Shown here: in pieces, positions 52,501 through 64,000 of the stretch
How positions within the stretch are numbered: the stretch's first letter is position 1
How the letters are laid out: each line of letters begins with the position of its first letter
Assembly (NCBI GenBank): GCA_051294905.1
Contig: JBPPKV010000031.1
Location: forward strand, 62,001-126,000
Reading direction: 5' to 3'
Length of the DNA stretch: 64,000 bases
Source of the DNA: Botryllus schlosseri
Lineage: Eukaryota
The notes under the pieces: generated by a model
Seen by the model: the letters and a program-made list of their open reading frames with translations, nothing else
The model's database searches: none
What the model was told of the DNA's origin: nothing
Position numbers and translations under genes: made by a program

Positions 52501-53747
52501 TGCCCGCGAGTTGAATATGCCACGACCACTTGTTCTGCAGAACGTCCACTCGAGAGATCGCTTTGCAAGTCGTCGCAGCGAGAGACCTCTCGTTACACGT
52601 TGGCATCATCCACGAATCCCGCTGTGCGAGAAGATTACGCCACGATCACGACGCGTCATAGCAGGCGAATGACGGCAGTGTCCTCGTTGGACTTAACGAA
52701 CTCGACTCGGCGTGCCTTGGAGCGTATCGTGTCCTTACCGCGAGAGCAAAAAATCCGTTTGACCCGCCGTTTGACCCTTACCAATTCCCGATGCATTCTA
52801 CCGCATAAGGCAGGCACATTTCACCGATCGTTGCCCAGCACGTGCCTCGATGGGTAGTTCGGAGATCATCAATTGCTATCAGACACCGGGAACGTCAATG
52901 GAATCCGGACGAAACATAAATACACTCACACACATTCGTTATGAGTCGGAGTAAAACATGACATTCATTGTAACTCGTTCTTGTAGCCCGACGACTGACT
53001 TATTCGCGCTTTTTGGATTGTTACTCCGCCCGCGTGATTATCTTTCAACACAAAACTTGTTGACCGCCCCATCCCATCCGCAACACGTTCCACTCGCCAT
53101 TTACCGTTCCGCCCGTCACATTGCATTAAACATTGGGATAAGGGGGCGCTGTTCCACCGCGCACGTGGTGTTCGTTGATTGCGAAACGGACACTTCAACT
53201 GCGTAGGGCCTACACGAAGGGGCGCTGTTCCAACACCCCCGTAATTTCCGTTGGTTACGAAACACACTCGTAAACAGCGTAGCTAGATGGGCAAAACAAG
53301 TCCCATTTGCCGAGTCAATATTTGTTTCCTTTTCGTCGGTAGCATATCTTGGATTAGCCGGGAGGGGGGCGTTATTTCACCGCCCACTTACTTCTCCGTG
53401 TTTACTGCTCGGGTGCGGGCAGTACATGCACTCAACGTGTGTTGCAAGGCAGCAGATTGTGCACAGATTGCGGATGCTGGATTTTTTCTCTTTCGTTACG
53501 TTCCGAGTGCTGGGGACGTTGTTCTCTCACTTCTTTGATATCATCATGAGGGAGAGCTTGCGGAGGAGAGTGCTGCGCTATGGCAGAAGCAAAAAGACGA
53601 CGAAGAAGAATTTTTTTCATCTCTCTCTCTCGTTCTCTCTCAGTCCCACGCGCCATACCGGCTACGCCGTGCCAAAACCTATAAAGCGCGGCGGTACAGA
53701 AGGCATTTATTCAGCTTCTAAATCAAGCAACGAAGAAAACGAACAAA

Positions 53748-54526
53748 ATGCGTCTGTTGATCATCCTCGCTATCGCCAGTGCCGCTTCGGCCGCATACTA
53801 CAGCCTGAATTGCCCAGGACGTGAGTATACTGACGGACGAGACGACAAGTCGCCGCGCACTGTAAAAGCTAGACTCTAATGTTGGCCGGTTCTATTCCAG
53901 TTAGCCGCAGCCGCTATGGTTGCCAATACGCCTGCGCCATCGCACGACCAACTAGCTACAGCCCATACTGCGGATACAGACGCCCTGTCGTCTCTTGTGC
54001 CAATTCCAACAGCAACGTCTGCGAATACATTCCCGGAAAGTACAGATGCATCAACGTGAGACGTCCATGCGTTCGTGCACCATGCACTCCTAAACGTCAC
54101 TCCTACAGGACCGGAGGCTCCCGTAAGTAACTTTCGATCGATTCGCCCCATTTCCATACTGTTTCCCCTGGCCCGGGTTACTTTTGTTTCGGTTTACAAT
54201 CTGTCCCGCAGTTGGTCGGTATTTTACACCAGGCCTCGTATGATTCCCGTGCCGTCGACAGTCATCGCAGGCTATCTGAGCTTGTGCGACACACAGCATG
54301 CGCGGTTCGCACGACGACTAGGAGCCTAAATAAGCCTCCTTCATCACTCGCGTAGCATATACTGGAGTCGTTCTCGATCTCGCGACCCATTCGTCGGTCA
54401 TGCCGCGGTGAAGCGTCTGCCGCTGTGCTACTCGCCACCTACTCCTAAACCGGTCGATTTTCTTCAGGTTGTACCAGGGCCGCTCTCTGCAACTACAACC
54501 GTCACAGCTTCAGCACCCGTTGTTAG
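53748..54526 (+). CDS. Secreted 12-Cys protein, copy 9. Exons 53748-53820, 53901-54122, 54468-54526.
   Basis: Intact; synonymous TGC>TGT (Cys100) at 54472. Confidence 0.88.
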
Positions 54527-55271
54527 ACGACCCTGTAGAACGACGACTTCGGAATCGACTATCGCGAATTGAGATCTTAATAAACAAACTCAGCCACGTG
54601 AAAACGTAGTTTTGTCGGTCGATGTGGAAGGGGCGTTGTTTCAGCAGTGTTGGAATCAGCTAACAGCGACTCTTAGCCAGTGCAGATTAGACACAAGCGT
54701 GTCGAGATGCTAGAATCCGCAGCTTCGTTCAACACCGCGCGATTTCCGGACAGGTCCGCAAAGGAGATCGTCACGCGTAAACACGTTCAACTCGTCTCTG
54801 CGAAACGCGGAAAATAAACTCGGAGATTCGCACGACTTTACAGATGATCTTAATCACAAGCACTGTTCGTCAGTCGAAAATAAAATACAATTGCTCGAAC
54901 ACTTTTTAAATCGAGTACATTCCAATAAATTCCGAGCAGATTTCATTACTCGATTTACGCCACGCAATGCGTATAAAGTCACTGACTGATTCGCGTACGA
55001 AGGGAGAAAGCGCACGTCATGTAGCAGTGTTGAGATGACTCGAGCCACGTCTTGATTCGAAGCGAAATCTCCGAGTCAAATGTCAAGTCATTTACTAATC
55101 GATGTTGACTATCTCTGTCTCGCTCTACCCGCACAATGTAGCCACAGGCACAAAAGGTGCATGCTCTCGACCCGCTGCCGTGACACGTGAGGGCAACCGT
55201 CATAGTCACTCGGCGATCGTGAAGTCCATTTCGTCCGATCCGCACATTTTCCGTCCCAAATCAATTGTCAG

Positions 55272-55712
55272 TAGGGTTGCATTTAAAACATAAATCAATT
55301 TATAACAAACATGTTTAAAACAAAGCCTTTGTTTAAAACATGTTTTTTATAGTTTTTTTGAGCCGTGATGTCACGAATATTCATTGTGACGTCATAGTGG
55401 ATTGACATGAACAATTGAAAATATAGGGTAAATATAGCTCATTTGACGAAATATCTGTACTATCGCTGTTGAACCGACTATTTTGAGGGTTCCAGCCATC
55501 CCATATCGATATACGTTGGCTATATCGGGTGTTGATTGTCCGGAGGCTCATACAACATGTTTTTTGGAAAGTATTTACGCAATTATGGCATAATTTTACA
55601 ACAACAAAAAAACAAAATTTTGTTTTTTTTCAAATGCCTTTGTTTAAAACACTGTTTAAAACATGTTTTAAACAGAGTGTTTTAAACACCGTTTGTTTTA
55701 AATGCAACCCTA
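55272..55712. mobile_element. hAT-type MITE, copy 10.
   Basis: Perfect 19 bp TIRs; ATTGTCAG on both sides. Confidence 0.9.
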
Positions 55713-58700
55713 ATTGTCAGCCATCGAAGGGATTGGAGCTTTCGGTGTTGTAGACCAGTAGCAATCTATCTACCTACCTAAAGCCATTGAATTTACGTTC
55801 CATGAACAGCTCAGTGCTCACCGCAACGAGCATCTTGTGCATCGAACATGTATGGTTATGGACGTTTAGATTTCTCGCCAGCAATTTTAGCGGCCTTAAA
55901 TTGTTTCTCATGGGTGCGTAAGTCGGCTACCAATCGCATCATATCATATCATTTTTTTTCACCTGTATGAGGTTTCGTATTTTATCGTCCATTTGGTCAA
56001 TTATTGTCATCGAATGCAGTAGGAGGACGCTTGCAGACAGATAACAACGTAGGTTATACTCGATTTACCAAAAAAAATTAGCAACCCAATTTGCAATTTC
56101 AATCATTTTCAGAATGCAATGACTTGAGCAATCGGTGTAATCGGTGATTTTATTATTTTCATTTCTTGTACTTGAAGAATCCTACTAGATTTAAAATTGA
56201 CTTGACGTGACTCGGGTGAAACTAAAAATGTGCTCCTACTTTATATGTCTTGTGACTCGAAGGCAGCGTCTTGTTCCCAGCGTTTGTCGGCACGCGGCCA
56301 TTATTGCGCAGCGATAGAATCGTACTAACTTGTTGAGCCTTGTCTTCGGTCGCTGTCGATTGCCATGCCTTGTTTTCCAAGCGAGCGTGCGTTATCGCCC
56401 GTTCCGGCATGTTGTTCCATTAATCGTCCGGTGAGGAGCTCACGAATACCGGATGAAATCTGCATTCGTTGGTTACGGAACGCGTTGGTGACGTAGCCTA
56501 CCTCTGTTGCATCGCCTGTCGAGGATTGGGTGAGGCCGACTTTTGATGAGGAGGTCACAATTGATTTACCATTCCGCCATGTCGACGTGGAAAATTCGAT
56601 CCTACCTGGTTCACTGTCACCAGTATTCACCAACCGTAAATACTATATTTCATCATGAGACCAACAGATAGGCGCTAGCGCGTCGCGCTCTGCAGTGGGG
56701 CAGTCTTCGGAATGATGTCACGATAAGCTTTGAAGCACGGAAGTCTGTTTACAGGTTAGCACTATTATCTCACCACGCAATAAAGATACGCTTACCAACA
56801 CATGTTATTGCGTCGGCGTGTAGCGCACAGAGCTGGTGAAAGTAGTCAATAAAACTACTGAAGTAGAAGCAAAAGTTTCGACGCAATAATCTGCCCGTGG
56901 ACGAGTAGAGAGTGCTTTTAAAAGCAACCTCATAATACTTCAAGTAGACGTGGATTAGGCTGGCTTTAAATCTACTCAAGTAGGTAAGTAAGTAGTGAAA
57001 ACATTCATAATACCTTCCATGGACTGTAAAACGCTGCGAATTGAGCTAGGCGAAAGGGGCCGAGAGCATGATTCATATTGATGCATCCCAGGAGATGTAC
57101 CTTTTTCGACAACATAAGCATTGGGCCGCATCATGGGACCCAAATGATAGTTTTGCTATGGAAAAGCGATTCTAATCTTTTGTTTACTCGCACACCCCGT
57201 TTCAGAAAATGGCATGGCACCGTTCCTCTTATTATAAGGTCCGTAGATTAGTCGAAGAGCTATACGGAGAATTTGCATTCAACACGGTTATAACAATGTG
57301 AGCAACTAGTGTACGTTATAAAAATATGGCGGATCGTGAAACTGCCTTATTCTGTAAATTTATTTCTGGAGAATGGAGGTACTTGGTTTTAAACTTCAAC
57401 ATGTATTTTCTCAGAACAAAAAGAATGAAATTAATCAGAAGAGCTCAAAGTTATGATGCTGCGAATTACAAGAGAAATAAAAATACTGCTTCTAAATAGC
57501 GGAAAATGTATTTCGTGTCTTTCGTCCAGAAACCGTCAACGGTGGTATGCTAGAACAGGTCTAAGGCTCAAAGAAGTCGGTGACCACTTTCCAGAATAGA
57601 ACACGCCATGTGCTGCCAGATTACGATAACACAGGTAGACGCCAGATTGCGCAACGGTAGTTCCAAACGTTTTGGTGAGCCATATGTATTGTGATGAAAC
57701 ATGTGATATGTGATATGAACGGAACCACGCAACCCGCTACCTAGATTATGTTCACCAATACTTCCGTGAAGACATAGTTGTCACTCCACAGCTAATTTTC
57801 GCGAAGCGCGATGAAAACTCTGGGCTTTCCCTAACTTTTGTGAAAATGGAATTGTTGTTGGTACGCCGTGAAAACAGATCCGAAATTCCTCAGTCTCTCA
57901 CTCCCTCTGATTGGCGATATTAGCCTACTTGTACTTGACAAACCGAAAATAGAGAAAAGAAAGTAAGCAAATCGCAAAATTATACGAAGTAAAAGTAGCG
58001 GGAACTTGAATTTACTAGAGTAAGTTTTCAACTACACGAGTCCTCCGAAAAAGCAGAAGTATATCTTTACTAGCCACTTTTGGTGTAGCGCGTATGTTGA
58101 TTTGAGTGTATTTAGCGCATGTGATGCTATACCCAAGCGAGATACATCCACTACGCGTCGTAAGAGAGGGACTGACATTTCAGGAGGTCTCGCCACCAAC
58201 ACCACAAGAAGACGGGCCGTAGCTGTTGTTTTTGGAATCCATGGTGTCGATTACTAAGGTCCTTTTACACAAGGCCGATAATATTCCTTATTAATCTTTG
58301 TCTGCCGACTAGTAGCACGGCCGTCTTTCATTCTAGGCGTTCGTACGACACCGCTAACGAGGCGGATCACAAGACCACGACGGGTCTAGATACATCCGGA
58401 GAGAGACGGACTGTAGCAAGCTAGTACACCGGTTTGCTTTTACGCGGGCGAGTTGAGCCACTTCGGTGAACGCGCGTACGACTATCAGCGGGGTCGGGGC
58501 CGCAACAACGGGAAAGTGTGTTGGACACGCGGACGTTGATTGATTCCGACTGCGCGTGGCGAAATCGTCAAGACGTGTTGCGTAACTGCCGTGTCGAATG
58601 CCAGCCGCTTTCGTCACAACCGGATCTTCCTTCGATTCGAGTGCCCGCGAGTTGAATATGCCACGACCACTTGTTCTGCAGAACGTCCACTCGAGCGATC

Positions 58701-59889
58701 GCTTTGCAAGTCGTCGCAGCGAGAGACCTCTCGTTACACGTTGGCATCATCCACGAATCCCGCTGTGCGAGAAGATTAAGCCACGATCACGACGCGTCAT
58801 AGCAGGCGAATGACGGCAGTGTCCTCGTTGGACTTAACGAACTCGACTCGGCGTGCCTTGGAGCGTATCGTGTCCTTACCGCGAGAGCAAAAAATCCGTT
58901 TGACCCGCCGTTTGACCCTTACCAATTCCCGATGCATTCTACCGCATAAGGCAGGCACATTTCACCGATCGTTGCCCAGCACGTGCCTCGATGGGTAGTT
59001 CGGAGATCATCAATTGCTATCAGACACCGGGAACGTCAATGGAATCCGGACGAAACATAAATACACTCACACACATTCGTTATGAGTCGGAGTAAAACAT
59101 GACATTCATTGTAACTCGTTCTTGTAGCCCGACGACTGACTTATTCGCGCTTTTTGGATTGTTACTCCGCCCGCGTGATTATCTTTCAACACAAAACTTG
59201 TTGACCGCCCCATCCCATCCGCAACACGTTCCACTCGCCATTTACCGTTCCGCCCGTCACATTGCATTAAACATTGGGATAAGGGGGCGCTGTTCCACCG
59301 CGCACGTGGTGTTCGTTGATTGCGAAACGGACACTTCAACTGCGTAGGGCCTACACGAAGGGGCGCTGTTCCAACACCCCCGTAATTTCCGTTGGTTACG
59401 AAACACACTCGTAAACAGCGTAGCTAGATGGGCAAAACAAGTCCCATTTGCCGAGTCAATATTTGTTTCCTTTTCGTCGGTAGCATATCTTGGATTAGCC
59501 GGGAGGGGGGGCGTTATTTCACCGCCCACTTACTTCTCCGTGTTTACTGCTCGGGTGCGGGCAGTACATGCACTCAACGTGTGTTGCAAGGCAGCAGATT
59601 GTGCACAGATTGCGGATGCTGGATTTTTTCTCTTTCGTTACGTTCCGAGTGCTGGGGACGTTGTTCTCTCACTTCTTTGATATCATCATGAGGGAGAGCT
59701 TGCGGAGGAGAGTGCTGCGCTATGGCAGAAGCAAAAAGACGACGAAGAAGAATTTTTTTCATCTCTCTCTCTCGTTCTCTCTCAGTCCCACGCGCCATAC
59801 CGGCTACGCCGTGCCAAAACCTATAAAGCGCGGCGGTACAGAAGGCATTTATTCAGCTTCTAAATCAAGCAACGAAGAAAACGAACAAA

Positions 59890-60668
59890 ATGCGTCTGTT
59901 GATCATCCTCGCTATCGCCAGTGCCGCTTCGGCCGCATACTACAGCCTGAATTGCCCAGGACGTGAGTATACTGACGGACGAGACGACAAGTCGCCGCGC
60001 ACTGTAAAAGCTAGACTCTAATGTTGGCCGGTTCTATTCCAGTTAGCCGCAGCCGCTATGGTTGCCAATACGCCTGCGCCATCGCACGACCAACTAGCTA
60101 CAGCCCATACTGCGGATACAGACGCCCTGTCGTCTCTTGTGCCAATTCCAACAGCAACGTCTGCGAATACATTCCCGGAAAGTACAGATGCATCAACGTG
60201 AGACGTCCATGCGTTCGTGCACCATGCACTCCTAAACGTCACTCCTACAGGACCGGAGGCTCCCGTAAGTAACTTTCGATCGATTCGCCCCATTTCCATA
60301 CTGTTTCCCCTGGCCCGGGTTACTTTTGTTTCGGTTTACAATCTGTCCCGCAGTTGGTCGGTATTTTACACCAGGCCTCGTATGATTCCCGTGCCGTCGA
60401 CAGTCATCGCAGGCTATCTGAGCTTGTGCGACACACAGCATGCGCGGTTCGCACGACGACTAGGAGCCTAAATAAGCCTCCTTCATCACTCGCGTAGCAT
60501 ATACTGGAGTCGTTCTCGATCTCGCGACCCATTCGTCGGTCATGCCGCGGTGAAGCGTCTGCCGCTGTGCTACTCGCCACCTACTCCTAAACCGGTCGAT
60601 TTTCTTCAGGTTGCACCAGGGCCGCTCTCTGCAACTACAACCGTCACAGCTTCAGCACCCGTTGTTAG
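59890..60668 (+). CDS. Secreted 12-Cys protein, copy 10. Exons 59890-59962, 60043-60264, 60610-60668.
   Basis: ATG, splice sites and TAG all intact; consensus protein. Confidence 0.88.
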
Positions 60669-61413
60669 ACGACCCTGTAGAACGACGACTTCGGAATCGA
60701 CTATCGCGAATTGAGATCTTAATAAACAAACTCAGCCACGTGAAAACGTAGTTTTGTCGGTCGATGTGGAAGGGGCGTTGTTTCAGCAGTGTTGGAATCA
60801 GCTAACAGCGACTCTTAGCCAGTGCAGATTAGACACAAGCGTGTCGAGATGCTAGAATCCGCAGCTTCGTTCAACACCGCGCGATTTCCGGACAGGTCCG
60901 CAAAGGAGATCGTCACGCGTAAACACGTTCAACTCGTCTCTGCGAAACGCGGAAAATGTACTCGGAGATTCGCACGACTTTACAGATGATCTTAATCACA
61001 AGCACTGTTCGTCAGTCGAAAATAAAATACAATTGCTCGAACACTTTTTAAATCGAGTACATTCCAATAAATTCCGAGCAGATTTCATTACTCGATTTAC
61101 GCCACGCAATGCGTATAAAGTCACTGACTGATTCGCGTACGAAGGGAGAAAGCGCACGTCATGTAGCAGTGTTGAGATGACTCGAGCCACGTCTTGATTC
61201 GAAGCGAAATCTCCGAGTCAAATGTCAAGTCATTTACTAATCGATGTTGACTATCTCTGTCTCGCTCTACCCGCACAATGTAGCCACAGGCACAAAAGGT
61301 GCATGCTCTCGACCCGCTGCCGTGACACGTGAGGGCAACCGTCATAGTCACTCGGCGATCGTGAAGTCCATTTCGTCCGATCCGCACATTTTCCGTCCCA
61401 AATCAATTGTCAG

Positions 61414-61854
61414 TAGGGTTGCATTTAAAACATAAATCAATTTAAAACAAACATGTTTAAAACAAAGCCTTTGTTTAAAACATGTTTTTTATAGTTTTTT
61501 TGAGCCGTGATGTCACAAATATTCATTGTGACGTCATAGTGGATTGACATGAACAATTGAAAATATAGGGTAAATATAGCTCATTTGACGAAATATCTGT
61601 ACTATCGCTGTTGAACCGACTATTTTGAGGGTTCCAGCCATCCCATATCGATATACGTTGGCTATATCGGGTGTTGATTGTCCGGAGGCTCATACAACAT
61701 GTTTTTTGGAAAGTATTTACGCAATTATGGCATAATTTTACAACAACAAAAAAACAAAATTTTGTTTTTTTTCAAATGCCTTTGTTTAAAACACTGTTTA
61801 AAACATGTTTTAAACAGAGTGTTTTAAACACCGTTTGTTTTAAATGCAACCCTA
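61414..61854. mobile_element. hAT-type MITE, copy 11.
   Basis: Perfect 19 bp TIRs; ATTGTCAG on both sides. Confidence 0.9.
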
Positions 61855-64000
61855 ATTGTCAGCCATCGAAGGGATTGGAGCTTTCGGTGTTGTAGACCAG
61901 TAGCAATCTATCTACCTACCTAAAGCCATTGAATTTACGTTCCATGAACAGCTCAGTGCTCACCGCAACGAGCATCTTGTGCATCGAACATGTATGGTTA
62001 TGGACGTTTAGATTTCTCGCCAGCAATTTTAGCGGCCTTAAATTGTTTCTCATGGGTGCGTAAGTCGGCTACCAATCGCATCATATCATATCATTTTTTT
62101 TCACCTGTATGAGGTTTCGTATTTTATCGTCCATTTGGTCAATTATTGTCATCGAATGCAGTAGGAGGACGCTTGCAGACAGATAACAACGTAGGTTATA
62201 CTCGATTTACCAAAAAAAATTAGCAACCCAATTTGCAATTTCAATCATTTTCAGAATGCAATGACTTGAGCAATCGGTGTAATCGGTGATTTTATTATTT
62301 TCATTTCTTGTACTTGAAGAATCCTACTAGATTTAAAATTGACTTGACGTGACTCGGGTGAAACTAAAAATGTGCTCCTACTTTATATGTCTTGTGACTC
62401 GAAGGCAGCGTCTTGTTCCCAGCGTTTGTCGGCACGCGGCCGTTATTGCGCAGCGATAGAATCGTGCTAACTTGTTGAGCCTTGTCTTCGGTCGCTGTCG
62501 ATTCCCATGCCTTGTTTTCAAAGCGAGCGTGCGTTATCGCCCGTTCCGGCATGTTGTTCCATTAATCGTCCGGTGAGGAGCTCACGAATACCGGATGAAA
62601 TCTGCATTCGTTGGTTACGGAACGCGTTGGTGACGTAGCCTACCTCTGTTGCATCGCCTGTCGAGGATTGGGTGAGGCCGACTTTTGATGAGGAGGTCAC
62701 AATTGATTTACCATTCCGCCATGTCGACGTGGAAAATTCGACCCTACCTGGTTCACTGTCACCAGTATTCACCAACCGTAAATACTATATTTCATCATGA
62801 GACCAACAGATAGGCGCTAGCGCGTCGCGCTCTGCAGTGGGGCAGTCTTCGGAATGATGTCACGATAAGCTTTGAAGCACGGAAGTCTGTTTACAGGTTA
62901 GCACTATTATCTCACCACGCAATAAAGATACGCTTACCAACACATGTTATTGCGTCGGCGTGTAGCGCACAGAGCTGGTGAAAGTAGTCAATAAAACTAC
63001 TGAAGTAGAAGCAAAAGTTTCGACGCAATAATCTGCCCGTGGACGAGTAGAGAGTGCTTTTAAAAGCAACCTCATAATACTTCAAGTAGACGTGGATTAG
63101 GCTGGCTTTAAATCTACTCAAGTAGGTAAGTAAGTAGTGAAAACATTCATAATACCTTCCATGGACTGTAAAACGCTGCGAATTGAGCTAGGCGAAAGGG
63201 GCCGAGAGCATGATTCATATTGATGCATCCCAGGAGATGTACCTTTTTCGACAACATAAGCATTGGGCCGCATCATGGGACCCAAATGATAGTTTTGCTA
63301 TGGAAAAGCGATTCTAATCTTTTGTTTACTCGCACACCCCGTTTCAGAAAATGGCATGGCACCGTTCCTCTTATTATAAGGTCCGTAGATTAGTCGAAGA
63401 GCTATACGGAGAATTTGCATTCAACACGGTTATAACAATGTGAGCAACTAGTGTACGTTATAAAAATATGGCGGATCGTGAAACTGCCTTATTCTGTAAA
63501 TTTATTTCTGGAGAATGGAGGTACTTGGTTTTAAACTTCAACATGTATTTTCTTAGAACAAAAAGAATGAAATTAATCAGAAGAGCTCAAAGTTATGATG
63601 CTGCGAATTACAAGAGAAATAAAAATACTGCTTCTAAATAGCGGAAAATGTATTTCGTGTCTTTCGTCCAGAAACCGTCAACGGTGGTATGCTAGAACAG
63701 GTCTAAGGCTCAAAGAAGTCGGTGACCACTTTCCAGAATAGAACACGCCATGTGCTGCCAGATTACGATAACACAGGTAGACGCCAGATTGCGCAACGGT
63801 AGTTCCAAACGTTTTGGTGAGCCATATGTATTGTGATGAAACATGTGATATGTGATATGAACGGAACCACGCAACTCGCTACCTAGATTATGTTCACCAA
63901 TACTTCCGTGAAGACATAGTTGTCACTCCACAGCTAATTTTCGCGAAGCGCGATGAAAACTCTGGGCTTTCCCTAACTTTTGTGAAAATGGAATTGTTGT

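Larger units (their letters stand above)
1..64000. repeat. Head-to-tail tandem array, unit 6,140-6,143 bp, about 10.4 copies. Taking the MITE left end as an arbitrary phase, units start at about 1, 6140, 12281, 18423, 24565, 30706, 36846, 42989, 49131, 55272 and 61414.
   Basis: Seen directly. The same sequence and ORF set recur at offsets of 6142, 6141, 6142, 6142, 6141, 6140, 6143, 6142, 6141 and 6142. Copies differ only by scattered SNPs and 1-2 nt indels. Neither array boundary is in the window. Confidence 0.99.

Noticed and set aside
1-64000. CRISPR array, prophage or bacterial system
   Set aside because: No short repeat-spacer pattern and no long intronless ORFs or operon structure. The only credible gene has spliceosomal introns.
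1-64000. Pure assembly artefact (one locus written out repeatedly)
   Set aside because: Units share SNPs in structured haplotype blocks and one segment is clearly diverged, which random error would not produce. The exact copy number still needs read-depth confirmation.

Overview
Eukaryotic DNA, probably from an invertebrate animal (inferred from GT-AG introns, a TATA plus TCAG-type start and abundant CpG). The whole 64 kb is one head-to-tail tandem array of a 6,140-6,143 bp unit: 10 full copies plus a partial 11th, about 99% or more identical, with both array ends outside the window. Each unit carries two things. (1) A 441 bp non-autonomous hAT-type MITE with 19 bp TIRs (TAGGGTTGCATTTAAAACA) and an 8 bp TSD (ATTGTCAG). 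(2) A three-exon gene that the ORF track does not show intact. It encodes a 117 aa secreted, strongly cationic, Tyr-rich protein with 12 Cys (MRLLIILAIASAASAAYYSLNCPGLSRSRYGCQYACAIARPTSYSPYCGYRRPVVSCANSNSNVCEYIPGKYRCINVRRPCVRAPCTPKRHSYRTGGSRCTRAALCNYNRHSFSTRC), which I cannot assign to a named family. All 10 gene copies look intact. SNPs between units form a mosaic, and one diverged segment (about 28.2-31.2 kb) differs from consensus on both sides of the gene but not within it. Of the listed ORFs, only the 83 aa + ORF (exon 2) looks coding; several others are broken in some copies. I recognised no RNA genes, CRISPR arrays or transposase.
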